The notes beneath the pieces are model-generated. The model did no database searches, was not told where the DNA came from, and was given only the letters and a program-made list of their open reading frames with translations. From the NCBI GenBank assembly GCA_026387835.1, contig JAPLKZ010000006.1, positions 29,104 through 61,103 on the forward strand: 32,000 nt of DNA, written 5' to 3'. The DNA comes from Candidatus Saganbacteria bacterium. Lineage in GTDB: Bacteria; Margulisbacteria; WOR-1; JAKLHX01. The position numbers were made by a program, and so were the translations under genes. Below are positions 1 to 7,934 of this stretch, in pieces; position 1 is the stretch's first letter; each line of letters starts with the position of its first letter.

Positions 1-47
1 AGCATGACCCCGTTGTATATCACCTGGGTCACAAAATCCTGTGTCAT
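1..47 (-). CDS. fliQ: FliQ flagellar export apparatus protein, first 15 codons only (runs off window)
   Basis: ATG at 45-47 (minus), 2 nt after the fliP stop. It translates MTQDFVTQVIYNGVM, resembling FliQ N-termini (xxEFV...). The position matches the conserved fliP-fliQ order. Confidence 0.45.
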   Translation of the reverse strand, partial: MTQDFVTQVIYNGVM

Positions 48-49
48 GT

Positions 50-790
50 TCAGCTAAAGCTCATCATCAGGCCTCTGGTGATAAGGTTCCACCCGTCGGC
101 CAGTACAAAAAGGAGTATCTTAAAAGGAAGAGAGACCATTACAGGGGACAGCATGAACATACCCAGCGACAGTAATATATTGGCGACCACAAGATCAATA
201 ACGATGAACGGGACAAATATAAGAAACCCGATCTGGAAAGCGGTCTTAAGCTCGCTTATCATGAAAGCGGGGATGAGGACATAGGTAGGTACCTGCGAAA
301 AACTTGTGGGCCTGGGGATACGCGAGAACTGTATGAAAAGACTGAGATCGTTCTCCCTGGTCTGCCTGAACATGAATTTTCTTAGAGGTTCCATCCCCAC
401 TTCGAAAGCCTTGACCTGGCTGATCTTTTTCTGGTTATAGGGGACTAAAGCTTTTGTGTTGATCTCCTGCCATACCGGCGTCATAACGAATACGGTCATA
501 AAAAGCGAAAGCCCGATGATGACCGAGTTCGGAGGCACCTGCTGTGTTCCGACTGCGACCCTGATAAGGCCGAGAACGATTATCATCCTCAGGAAAGAAG
601 TCACCGATATAAGGAAAAAAGGGGCTAAAGTTATCAGCGAGAGAGTTATCAGAAGCTGAACTGAGTTACTGAACCTTTCAGGGGTCAGGAGGGTCGAAAT
701 ATTAATGCCGCCGGGTGATATTGCCGGCGCCGAGAACGCGGGACCTGCCGTAATAAACAATGCGGCAAGGATACTTATATATTTTTTCAT
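50..790 (-). CDS. fliP: FliP flagellar type III export apparatus protein
   Basis: 246 aa with a signal peptide and polytopic membrane profile. FliP-type motifs are present (FLRMIIVLGLIR, GTQQVPPN, FMISELKTAFQIGFLIF). ATGA overlap with the upstream fliO. Confidence 0.9.
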   Translation of the reverse strand: MKKYISILAALFITAGPAFSAPAISPGGINISTLLTPERFSNSVQLLITLSLITLAPFFLISVTSFLRMIIVLGLIRVAVGTQQVPPNSVIIGLSLFMTVFVMTPVWQEINTKALVPYNQKKISQVKAFEVGMEPLRKFMFRQTRENDLSLFIQFSRIPRPTSFSQVPTYVLIPAFMISELKTAFQIGFLIFVPFIVIDLVVANILLSLGMFMLSPVMVSLPFKILLFVLADGWNLITRGLMMSFS

Positions 791-1173
791 TTATCGAGCT
801 GAAAATCCTCCTCCAGCTTGTCGATCTTTGCGACCGTTTTTCCGCTGACAACAATAAGCCATGCGGATTTGCCGGCTTTGATGATATACGAAGATACCTG
901 AGGTTCAATAGTCAGTCTGTCCACTATTTCTATGAACCTGCCTTTAGTCCCGCTCTGGAATTTAGGGAATACGTATTTTGCCGCGAGATATATGAACCCG
1001 AAGACCACAAGCAGCGAAAATATCAATTGCACGATATATCCGAAAGAGATTATTGAGGAAGGACCGGCCGCGGCGGAACTTTCTGTAGTTGAAAAATAAG
1101 CCGCATCAACAGCAAAAGCCCTGCAGGAAAGCAGCAGTTGGATCACTGACAAATGGCAGAGGTATTTTTTCAT
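787..1173 (-). CDS. fliO: FliO/FliZ-like small flagellar export protein
   Basis: 128 aa with a single central TM helix followed by an IEIVDRLTIEP...LIVVSGK-type segment. It sits between fliN and fliP, with ATGA overlaps on both sides. Confidence 0.6.
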   Translation of the reverse strand: MKKYLCHLSVIQLLLSCRAFAVDAAYFSTTESSAAAGPSSIISFGYIVQLIFSLLVVFGFIYLAAKYVFPKFQSGTKGRFIEIVDRLTIEPQVSSYIIKAGKSAWLIVVSGKTVAKIDKLEEDFQLDK

Positions 1174-1481
1174 TTATTTATGCAGACTTTGGTGACCCTG
1201 ATGGCGTAGCAATCATTGACAGCGACGACTTCTCCCTGGGCGACAACTTGCCCTCCCACTTTTATGTCAAGTGATTCCCCCGCGACCTTGTCCAGGCTGA
1301 TGATAGAACCTTCCGCGAGATCAAGGATCTCTCTCAACGCGATCTTGGCTTTCCCGAGTTCGACAGTTGCTTCCACGGGGATCTCAGCAAGCATCTGCTG
1401 GTCCAGACGGGGTCCGCTTTGGCTTTCCGTGATCTGAGCGAATTTTATTTTGTCAACGCCGAAACTTTCGGTTTCTGCCAA
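1170..1481 (-). CDS. fliN: FliN flagellar motor switch protein (SpoA domain)
   Basis: 103 aa. The C-terminal SpoA-type sequence is IPVEATVELGKAKIALREILDLAEGSIISLDK...VAQGEVVAV. TTG start, with an AAGGAGGG SD overlapping the fliM stop. Confidence 0.85.
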   Translation of the reverse strand: MAETESFGVDKIKFAQITESQSGPRLDQQMLAEIPVEATVELGKAKIALREILDLAEGSIISLDKVAGESLDIKVGGQVVAQGEVVAVNDCYAIRVTKVCINK

Positions 1482-1493
1482 TTTTATCCCTCC

Positions 1494-2597
1494 TTAATAA
1501 GCTGTATTGCCGCCATCCGAAAAATCTTCATCAGCCGATGATTCTTGTTCCGCAATAAGACCGCCAAATGCCTCTGCATTTTCGTCCGCTGCCTGACCGC
1601 TTTCCTGAACAGACATTTCTTCGGCCGGCGGTTTTTCCTGCTCAACTACGGACTCTCTGATCTTTTCAACCCTGCTTGTGCCGCTCCTCATTAATTGCAG
1701 CGAAATCTTATTATCCTTTATAGCAGGTTGGCCGAAAAGATTCAAGTGTCCTCCGATAGAAATATTTATCAGATTATAAATTGAATTATCCAGGACGATG
1801 ACGTCCCCGGCCTCCATATCGTACAGGTCCTTGGCCGATATATATGTCGAGCCAAGGTCGGAAACTAAATTGAAAGTGATCTTTTCCGTGTTCAAATACT
1901 TTATTTTTTCAATCCTGGGGGCGGGTCTTGAACGATCTGCTTTTCTTAACAGCTCTTTCACGAGCCTGGCCGGGACGGCCAAAAAGATCCTGCCGGTCTT
2001 ATTCTGGTCAAAGCCGATATCGATGTCAAAGAAAACAAAAACAGCTGAATCGATGACAGACTGGTCAAAATAGGGCACGGGAGACCCGGACAAGATCAAG
2101 TCGGACAGAGCCGCGTCACCCAGTAACTTTGAAGCGTCGGCATTTATACAGGTGAAGAGAATGCTCTTTTCTATTTCCGTAAGCTCTTTTGCGGATCCCA
2201 GCGCTTCATAGCTGCCTATGCATTTATCGATCAGATAATTGCAGATATTTGATTCGATATACAGGAAAATGCTTCCAAAATCCGGATCGTTGAACTGGAA
2301 CTGCGCGACCGGCCGCTGGATCCTTTTCAGGATCATAGGCGGGTTCAGCTGTTCGGCGGAAATAGCCCGTACAATAAGGTTCGCTTCCGATGCTTTATTG
2401 AGAGAAGACGCAAAACTTTCGGAAAAATTCAGGAAAAGAAGCAGCGCGGAGTATCGCTCGCTGTCGGCAAGTTTTGCAGGGCCTCTGATAACGGGCGAGT
2501 CTTCTTTAGCCCTGTGATGGTCAGGTTTATAAACAGTCCAGTCGCCTATTGCCGGCTGCAGAAGCAAGGTGATCTTATTCTTTTTGCCGTTTGCCAT
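1494..2597 (-). CDS. fliM: FliM-like flagellar motor switch protein (start taken at internal ATG MANGKK)
   Basis: Middle FliM-like region plus a C-terminal SpoA-like segment (GDVIVLDNSIYNLINISIGGHLNLFGQP). The ORF is open to 2666, but that extension overlaps the flgE 3' end. The ATG at 2597 lies 5 nt after the flgE stop. Confidence 0.7.
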   Translation of the reverse strand: MANGKKNKITLLLQPAIGDWTVYKPDHHRAKEDSPVIRGPAKLADSERYSALLLFLNFSESFASSLNKASEANLIVRAISAEQLNPPMILKRIQRPVAQFQFNDPDFGSIFLYIESNICNYLIDKCIGSYEALGSAKELTEIEKSILFTCINADASKLLGDAALSDLILSGSPVPYFDQSVIDSAVFVFFDIDIGFDQNKTGRIFLAVPARLVKELLRKADRSRPAPRIEKIKYLNTEKITFNLVSDLGSTYISAKDLYDMEAGDVIVLDNSIYNLINISIGGHLNLFGQPAIKDNKISLQLMRSGTSRVEKIRESVVEQEKPPAEEMSVQESGQAADENAEAFGGLIAEQESSADEDFSDGGNTAY

Positions 2598-2602
2598 TAT
2601 TA

Positions 2603-3451
2603 TCAGCTTGTTCTCTGTATGAACTGAGTTATAGTATCGTTTACCAGCCTGATAACCGTCAGGCATGCGCTCTCCGCCCTTTGCATCTCGAGAGAGTCAA
2701 CGACCTCTGAAGTATAGATGACATTCGACTGCTCTTTACTCCTGGGGCTGATGATCCCTACGGATTCGTTGCCGGGGGCAGAAGGATTTGCGGGATCGCC
2801 GGATGAAAGCGTCTGCGAGAAATTTGTCCCGTCCCTGTATTCAAGTCCGGAAGGGTTGGGGAATGAAGTCAAAGCTATCTGGTGATTAAGTTCATCTCCG
2901 TATATGCCGGTTATGGAATCATAAGATTTCCTCAAAACCCCATTGGCGTCAAAAGTTACCTTTGTGGGATCATATGTCTGTCCGGTAAGGTCTATTGCTT
3001 CAAGCTGGGCAGAAGATACGCCTCCGTTCCTTTTGAAACCATATACCTGCATGCCGTTGACCGATAACAATTTGTTGTTATTGACCGTGAACTGTCCGTT
3101 CCTGGTATAAAGAAATGAATTGCCGTTGTCCGGAGACAGGATAAAAAGGCCATTTCCCGATATTGCAAGATCCATATTTGTGCTTCCGACCACATCACCC
3201 TGTCTGAAATCAATAAGAGAATTTGCGACAGCCGTGGTCCCTCCGGTCTGTTGAGGGTTTGTCCCTCCTTCCTCTCCGTAAAAAGAGCTTCCGGTCCCGG
3301 ATTTTACGACGTGTGAGAACACTTCCTCGAAAGAAATATCAGTCCTTTTATATCCGGGGATAGATAGGTTCGTTATATTCGATGAGATCGTCCTGAGCTT
3401 GGTGTTATAAGCATCTATCGCGTTGTTTGCCTGGGACATTACATCCAACAT
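2603..3451 (-). CDS. flgE: Flagellar hook protein FlgE-like (short; FlgE/FlgG rod-hook family)
   Basis: N-terminal rod/hook motif (ISSNITNLSIPGYKR), central DLAISGNGLF...YTRNGQF, and a C-terminal Flg_bbr_C-like helix. It sits directly after flgD, as in fliK-flgD-flgE operons. SD AAGGGGGG. Confidence 0.7.
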   Translation of the reverse strand: MLDVMSQANNAIDAYNTKLRTISSNITNLSIPGYKRTDISFEEVFSHVVKSGTGSSFYGEEGGTNPQQTGGTTAVANSLIDFRQGDVVGSTNMDLAISGNGLFILSPDNGNSFLYTRNGQFTVNNNKLLSVNGMQVYGFKRNGGVSSAQLEAIDLTGQTYDPTKVTFDANGVLRKSYDSITGIYGDELNHQIALTSFPNPSGLEYRDGTNFSQTLSSGDPANPSAPGNESVGIISPRSKEQSNVIYTSEVVDSLEMQRAESACLTVIRLVNDTITQFIQRTS

Positions 3452-3472
3452 AAAACGGCCCCCCCTTTCTTA

Positions 3473-3940
3473 TTAAGATACTTTCGTTATTATCGACGGT
3501 TTAATGGTCCTGTCCCCAAGGTCTAGCATAGTGGCGTCGTTCTCAAGCACCACACTTTTCACCGCTCCTGAGGCAGCTGCTCCTGTTGCGGGGTCTAAAT
3601 AATCCACTGTTTTTCCGATCAAGTTGCTCCAGACGGTAAGCTCCATCTGGGGGATCGTAGGCAGGCCGATGCCTGAAGTGCTCTGACCGCCCAGGGCCTG
3701 GGTCAGGAGCGACGTATCTGAACCGAAAAGCGAATTTGTCGATGAACCGAATATCGAAGACGATTGATCGTTCGAATTACTGCCGAAAAGAGAACTGAGG
3801 TCCGGAGAAGACATCTGCGCAATAAGTATCTTCATGAAATCCGTGCTGCTCACTTTTGTCCTGGGATCAGGAGAAGACGAAGACGCAGGAGAGGCCGTAG
3901 ACTGGGTCAATAGCGAGACCGGCAAAAGTGGATCCACCAT
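3473..3940 (-). CDS. flgD: FlgD hook-capping/assembly protein
   Basis: 155 aa with the FlgD N-terminal motif DFMKILIAQMSSPD and a Ser-rich linker. Located between fliK and flgE. Confidence 0.75.
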   Translation of the reverse strand: MVDPLLPVSLLTQSTASPASSSSPDPRTKVSSTDFMKILIAQMSSPDLSSLFGSNSNDQSSSIFGSSTNSLFGSDTSLLTQALGGQSTSGIGLPTIPQMELTVWSNLIGKTVDYLDPATGAAASGAVKSVVLENDATMLDLGDRTIKPSIITKVS

Positions 3941-3955
3941 AATTATTCCTCCTTT

Positions 3956-4909
3956 TTATATTTGATTATAGACCATCGAATCGCCTTTATTAAGCAATAA
4001 TGCAAGCTGAAAATATGAATTATTGAGATCAAAACTGTTCCCTGCACTGACGGTATTTTTTTCAAGGCCGCCGGCACTAAGGATATTTTTAACGCTGTCC
4101 TGGTCTTTTGAGGGCGTCTCTCTGTTCTGCTGGCTGTTGACCGAGACCGAGAGCGAGCCGATGTTAAGGTTTGCCGTCTTTAAAGCTTCCTGCAGCTTCT
4201 TGATATTTGCATCAAGAAGAGATTTCGCGTTTTCACCGGCAAATATTTGTACAGTGAGAACACCCTTGTCGGAGGAAATGTTCAGCGTCATATTGCCGAG
4301 CCATTCCGGCTTAAGGTCTAAGACAAGTTCCGTCTTTTCCCCGGACTTTACCAGTTTTATTGTTTCCACGATCTTATCGATGATGCTTTGGATATCTATC
4401 CTTGCTGAAAACTTCTCGATGTTCCGGATAAACTCATTAAAAGGTATCATATTTGCGCTCAGAAGAGAATTCCTGTTTTTTTGCATTATTTGCTGGAGAT
4501 CTTCAACGGCCCGGCCCGAATATTTTGATTTATCGCCGTTTGAAATATCCTTATCCTGTCCCTGCAAGTTTCTTGCGTTATTTTCGACAAAAGATGTTTT
4601 TGCGCTTGGCCTGGCCGCATAGTTGCTCAAAAAACCGTTGTCGTCGAGATCATTTTTGAAGGAATCGGAAAGACGATCACGATCAAAACTAAGATTAAAC
4701 ATCGCACTGACATAACCTATCGGCAAGAAAGAGGTAATATCGGACAGCTCATCCGGCGTCTCTTTTTTTTCATCGATCTTCTTTTGTGAGTCTTTCAAGT
4801 TTTTATCAAAATCAGGAGGATGATCGGTGATAACAGGAGATCTATAACTAACGGCGTCTGAAATACTGTGTTCAAAGGCCTGATTAGTCATTATTTTGGG
4901 GTCATTCAT
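3956..4909 (-). CDS. fliK: FliK-like hook-length control protein
   Basis: 317 aa. The C-terminal Flg_hook-type segment is LVLDLKPEWLGNMTLNISSDKGVLTVQIFAGENAKSLLD...LNIGSLSV. First gene of the flagellar block. Confidence 0.65.
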   Translation of the reverse strand: MNDPKIMTNQAFEHSISDAVSYRSPVITDHPPDFDKNLKDSQKKIDEKKETPDELSDITSFLPIGYVSAMFNLSFDRDRLSDSFKNDLDDNGFLSNYAARPSAKTSFVENNARNLQGQDKDISNGDKSKYSGRAVEDLQQIMQKNRNSLLSANMIPFNEFIRNIEKFSARIDIQSIIDKIVETIKLVKSGEKTELVLDLKPEWLGNMTLNISSDKGVLTVQIFAGENAKSLLDANIKKLQEALKTANLNIGSLSVSVNSQQNRETPSKDQDSVKNILSAGGLEKNTVSAGNSFDLNNSYFQLALLLNKGDSMVYNQI

Positions 4910-4943
4910 TTATTTCCCTCTTCAATAGACTCATCGTTGCAAT

Positions 4944-4972
4944 AACTATATACTATGTATCGAAAAAAATCA
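4944..4972 (-). promoter_or_regulatory. Candidate sigma70-type promoter upstream of fliK (TTGATT-17-TATAGT)
   Basis: On the minus strand the -35 TTGATT is at 4967-4972 and the -10 TATAGT at 4944-4949, with a 17-nt spacer. This is about 35 nt upstream of the fliK ATG. Confidence 0.3.
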
Positions 4973-4984
4973 ATATGTTTTCAA

Positions 4985-5066
4985 TGCCGCGGGAGAGACT
5001 CGAACTCTCAAGCCGTTAGGCATACGCACCTCAAACGTACGTGTATACCAGTTCCACCACCGCGGC
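4985..5066 (-). tRNA. tRNA-Ser (anticodon UGA), type II with long variable arm
   Basis: Manual fold: acceptor GCCGCGG/CCGCGGC, 3-bp D stem, anticodon loop TTTGAGG, 13-nt variable arm, T arm GAGAG-TTCGAGT-CTCTC, discriminator A. No encoded CCA. Confidence 0.8.
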
Positions 5067-5112
5067 AAGCCATCGGTCCGGCTATATGACAATAATATTA
5101 TATATTGGGATG

Positions 5113-6474
5113 TTATGTCAAGAAATTTTCCGCGATTTTTTCAAATCTCATCCCACGTGAGGCTTTAAAGAGGACAATATCACCTTTAGAAATCACATGT
5201 TTCAGCTTCCTTATAATAGCGTTTTTATCTTTGAAATGGAAATACTTGCCGCCGGGGTTGATCGATACGGCTGACAGGTAAATGTTTTTAGACAGGGTGC
5301 CCGATGTGAGAAGGACATCTATACAAAGCCCCGGTATCATCTTTCCGATGAGTTCATGCTCTTTTTTTGCGGATCTGCCGAGCTCGAACATGTCCCCGAG
5401 GACCGCGATCTTACGGCCTTTTTGTGTTGCAAGGACATCCAGTGCGGCTTTCATCGAATACGGATTGGCATTATAAGTATCGTTTATTATTTTAGCGCCA
5501 TTTTTATTGACAAAAATAGCCATTCTTTTGCCGGAAGGTCTGAAGTTGAGAAGTCCGGCCTTTATTTTATCTTCTGATATCCCCAGGACTTTTGCGGCTG
5601 CGATAGCAGAAAGAGCGTTGTAAACGTTATGTTTTCCCGGCAAAGGAAGCACTATCTTATTTCTCCCGTCCTTATTGACCAGGTCGAAACTGACCGCAGT
5701 GCCGTCGTCTTTGATATTTTCAGCCGTCATGTCAGCGCGTTTTTTTATGCCGAAAGTGACGATCCTTCTTTTCCCGCAGGATCTTTTCATCAGATCAAAA
5801 TAGTCGTCATCCCGGTTCAATATCGCCCGGCCGGTCTTTGAAAGGTAGCCAAGCACTTCCGCTTTTGCTTTTGCTATATTTTTTCTCGTCTTTAACTTTC
5901 CCAGATGGGCTTTGCCGGTATTTGTGATGACAGCGATATCGGGTGATGTTATCTTTGAAAGAAAGCCAATTTCTCCAAGACCCTGCATGCCCATCTCTAT
6001 CACCGCGAAACGGTGTTTTTTAGCCAGCATGAGCAAAGTGAGAGGGACGCCGATCTCGTTATTAAGGTTCTCTTTTGTCTTCAGCGTTGTTCCTGCCTGT
6101 GACAGGACAGACGAGATCATGTCTTTTGTCGTGGTCTTGCCGCTGCTGCCCGTAACGGCTATTATTTTGGCCTTAAACTTATTCCTGTGAAAATGTGCGA
6201 TATCCTGAAGCGCTTTTAAAGCGTCAAAAACTTTTATTGTGATCTTGCCGCGGGGAATTTTATTTACAGGTCTTGAGACTATTGCGGCGGAAGCGCCTTT
6301 CCTGAAGGCTTCGTTGATAAAATTATGCCCGTCATGCGTATCTCCGATAAGCGCGATGAACAGCGAACCTTTTTTAATGGTCCTTGTATCGGTGGAAATG
6401 CCGGTGAAAGTAATGTTGTTTTTACAGGATGTCCTGCCTTTGACGGCTTTTAAGATCTCTTTTAAAATAAACAT
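5113..6474 (-). CDS. murF: UDP-N-acetylmuramoyl-tripeptide--D-alanyl-D-alanine ligase
   Basis: 453 aa with a MurF-type N-terminus (TDTRTIKKGSLFIAL.GD..DGHNF) and the Mur ligase P-loop AVTGSSGKTTTK. Confidence 0.9.
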   Translation of the reverse strand: MFILKEILKAVKGRTSCKNNITFTGISTDTRTIKKGSLFIALIGDTHDGHNFINEAFRKGASAAIVSRPVNKIPRGKITIKVFDALKALQDIAHFHRNKFKAKIIAVTGSSGKTTTKDMISSVLSQAGTTLKTKENLNNEIGVPLTLLMLAKKHRFAVIEMGMQGLGEIGFLSKITSPDIAVITNTGKAHLGKLKTRKNIAKAKAEVLGYLSKTGRAILNRDDDYFDLMKRSCGKRRIVTFGIKKRADMTAENIKDDGTAVSFDLVNKDGRNKIVLPLPGKHNVYNALSAIAAAKVLGISEDKIKAGLLNFRPSGKRMAIFVNKNGAKIINDTYNANPYSMKAALDVLATQKGRKIAVLGDMFELGRSAKKEHELIGKMIPGLCIDVLLTSGTLSKNIYLSAVSINPGGKYFHFKDKNAIIRKLKHVISKGDIVLFKASRGMRFEKIAENFLT

Positions 6475-6503
6475 TTAATTAGAATAAATGGATCTGTCTG
6501 TAC

Positions 6504-6524
6504 GGGCGGGTTTAAAACCCGCCC
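6504..6524 (-). terminator. GC-rich stem-loop just downstream of rho (possible terminator or stability hairpin; no U-tract)
   Basis: GGGCGGG-TTTAAAA-CCCGCCC forms a perfect 7-bp GC stem 12 nt after the rho stop. No T-run follows on either strand. Confidence 0.3.
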
Positions 6525-6535
6525 CTTCAATATGA

Positions 6536-7780
6536 TTACTTCACATCCGCGCTGTCAAGAAACTGCTTGTTCGACTTGTATTCCTTCAGCCTGTCTATCA
6601 GCTGTTCGGCAGCCTCTGTGCCTTCGAAGCTGTCCAGGACCTTTCTCAGCAGCCAGACTTTTTTGAGTTCCTCTTCCGTAAGGAGAAGTTCTTCTTTCCT
6701 TGTGCCGGACATGCGGACGTCAAGTGCAGGGAATATCCTCCTGTCCGAAAGTTTCCTGTTCAGATGAAGCTCCATGTTCCCCGTGCCCTTGAACTCTTCA
6801 TATATGACATCGTCCATCCTGCTCCCCGTCTCGACAAGGGCTGTTGCCAGGATCGTCAGGGAACCGCCGCCCTCAATGTTCCTTGCGGCACCGAAAAATC
6901 TCTTTGGCCTGTGAAGGCAGGTAGGGTCAAGGCCTCCCGAAAGAGTCCTTCCAGACGGCGGGGTCACGAGATTATACGCCCTTGCAAGCCTTGTTATGGA
7001 ATCAAGCAGTATAACAACGTTCTTGTTGGCTTCGACAAGGCGTTTTGCGCTTTCAAGCACCAGTTCGGCGACCCTTATGTGATTTTCAGGGGGTTCGTCG
7101 AAGGTAGAACTGACAACTTCGCCCTTTACGCAGCGTTCCATGTCGGTCACTTCTTCCGGACGCTCGTCGACCAGAAGTACTTTTATAATAAACTCGGGAT
7201 AATTAACGGCGACGCTGTTGGCGATATTTTTTAATACCGTTGTTTTTCCGGCTTTTGGCGGTGATACGATCATGCCGCGCTGGCCCATGCCGATAGGGGA
7301 AATAAGGTCTATCAGTCTTGCGGCGATAGGACAGCCGCTATATTCAAGTACCATCCTCTGATCAGGGAATATCGGGGTCATCGCATCGAAGGGAATGCGT
7401 TCGCGGATCGATTCCGGGTCCTGGCCGTTCACGGCTTCGATCTTAAGCAGGCTGAAATATTTTTCACCCTCTTTAGGCGGCCTGACCTGGCCCTGTATCA
7501 GGTCCCCGTTCGCGAGGTCGAACCTTCTGATCTGGGTCTGGGATACATATATGTCATCCGCGCTCGGCAGGTATGTCTCCGTCCTCAGGAATCCGTAACC
7601 TTCGGGAAGTATCTCGAGCACGCCTTTTGCGAATATAAGCCCGTTGCTCTCGGTCTTTGCCTCGAGTATCTTGAATATCAGGTCGTGTTTCCTGAACTGC
7701 CTGAAATTCGGGATCTTCAGCTCCTTAGCGATCTCGAACAGTTCCGGGATCGTATTTTTCTGCAGCTCGGATATGTCCAT
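6536..7780 (-). CDS. rho: Transcription termination factor Rho
   Basis: 414 aa with a Rho N-terminal domain ([21 protein letters not shown]), a cold-shock-like RNA-binding domain (GFLR...[13 protein letters not shown]) and the P-loop SPPKAGKTT. Confidence 0.95.
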   Translation of the reverse strand: MDISELQKNTIPELFEIAKELKIPNFRQFRKHDLIFKILEAKTESNGLIFAKGVLEILPEGYGFLRTETYLPSADDIYVSQTQIRRFDLANGDLIQGQVRPPKEGEKYFSLLKIEAVNGQDPESIRERIPFDAMTPIFPDQRMVLEYSGCPIAARLIDLISPIGMGQRGMIVSPPKAGKTTVLKNIANSVAVNYPEFIIKVLLVDERPEEVTDMERCVKGEVVSSTFDEPPENHIRVAELVLESAKRLVEANKNVVILLDSITRLARAYNLVTPPSGRTLSGGLDPTCLHRPKRFFGAARNIEGGGSLTILATALVETGSRMDDVIYEEFKGTGNMELHLNRKLSDRRIFPALDVRMSGTRKEELLLTEEELKKVWLLRKVLDSFEGTEAAEQLIDRLKEYKSNKQFLDSADVK

Positions 7781-7885
7781 CAGGCTATCCCCCTTCTATT
7801 TTGAAATTATATTTGGTGAAAAATAGTTCAATTTTTGAGATCTTTTTGATCGGTTCGACACAAAGAATGTAGCTGACCAATATCA

Positions 7886-7914
7886 ACTATACATTATTAT
7901 AAAAAACTTGTCAA
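7886..7914 (-). promoter_or_regulatory. Candidate sigma70 promoter for rho (TTGACA-17-TATAGT)
   Basis: On the minus strand the -35 TTGACA is at 7909-7914 and the -10 TATAGT at 7886-7891, with a 17-nt spacer. This leaves a leader of about 100 nt to the rho ATG, which has a GGGGGA SD. Confidence 0.4.
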
Positions 7915-7934
7915 CAACACTCGAAGGAACACTG

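Noticed and set aside
2598-2666. Upstream extension of the fliM ORF (start at 2666). The same applies to larC (25223-25261).
   Set aside because: The extensions overlap the preceding gene's 3' end. The internal ATGs give tight operon junctions (a 5-nt gap and an ATGA overlap) and family-typical N-termini.
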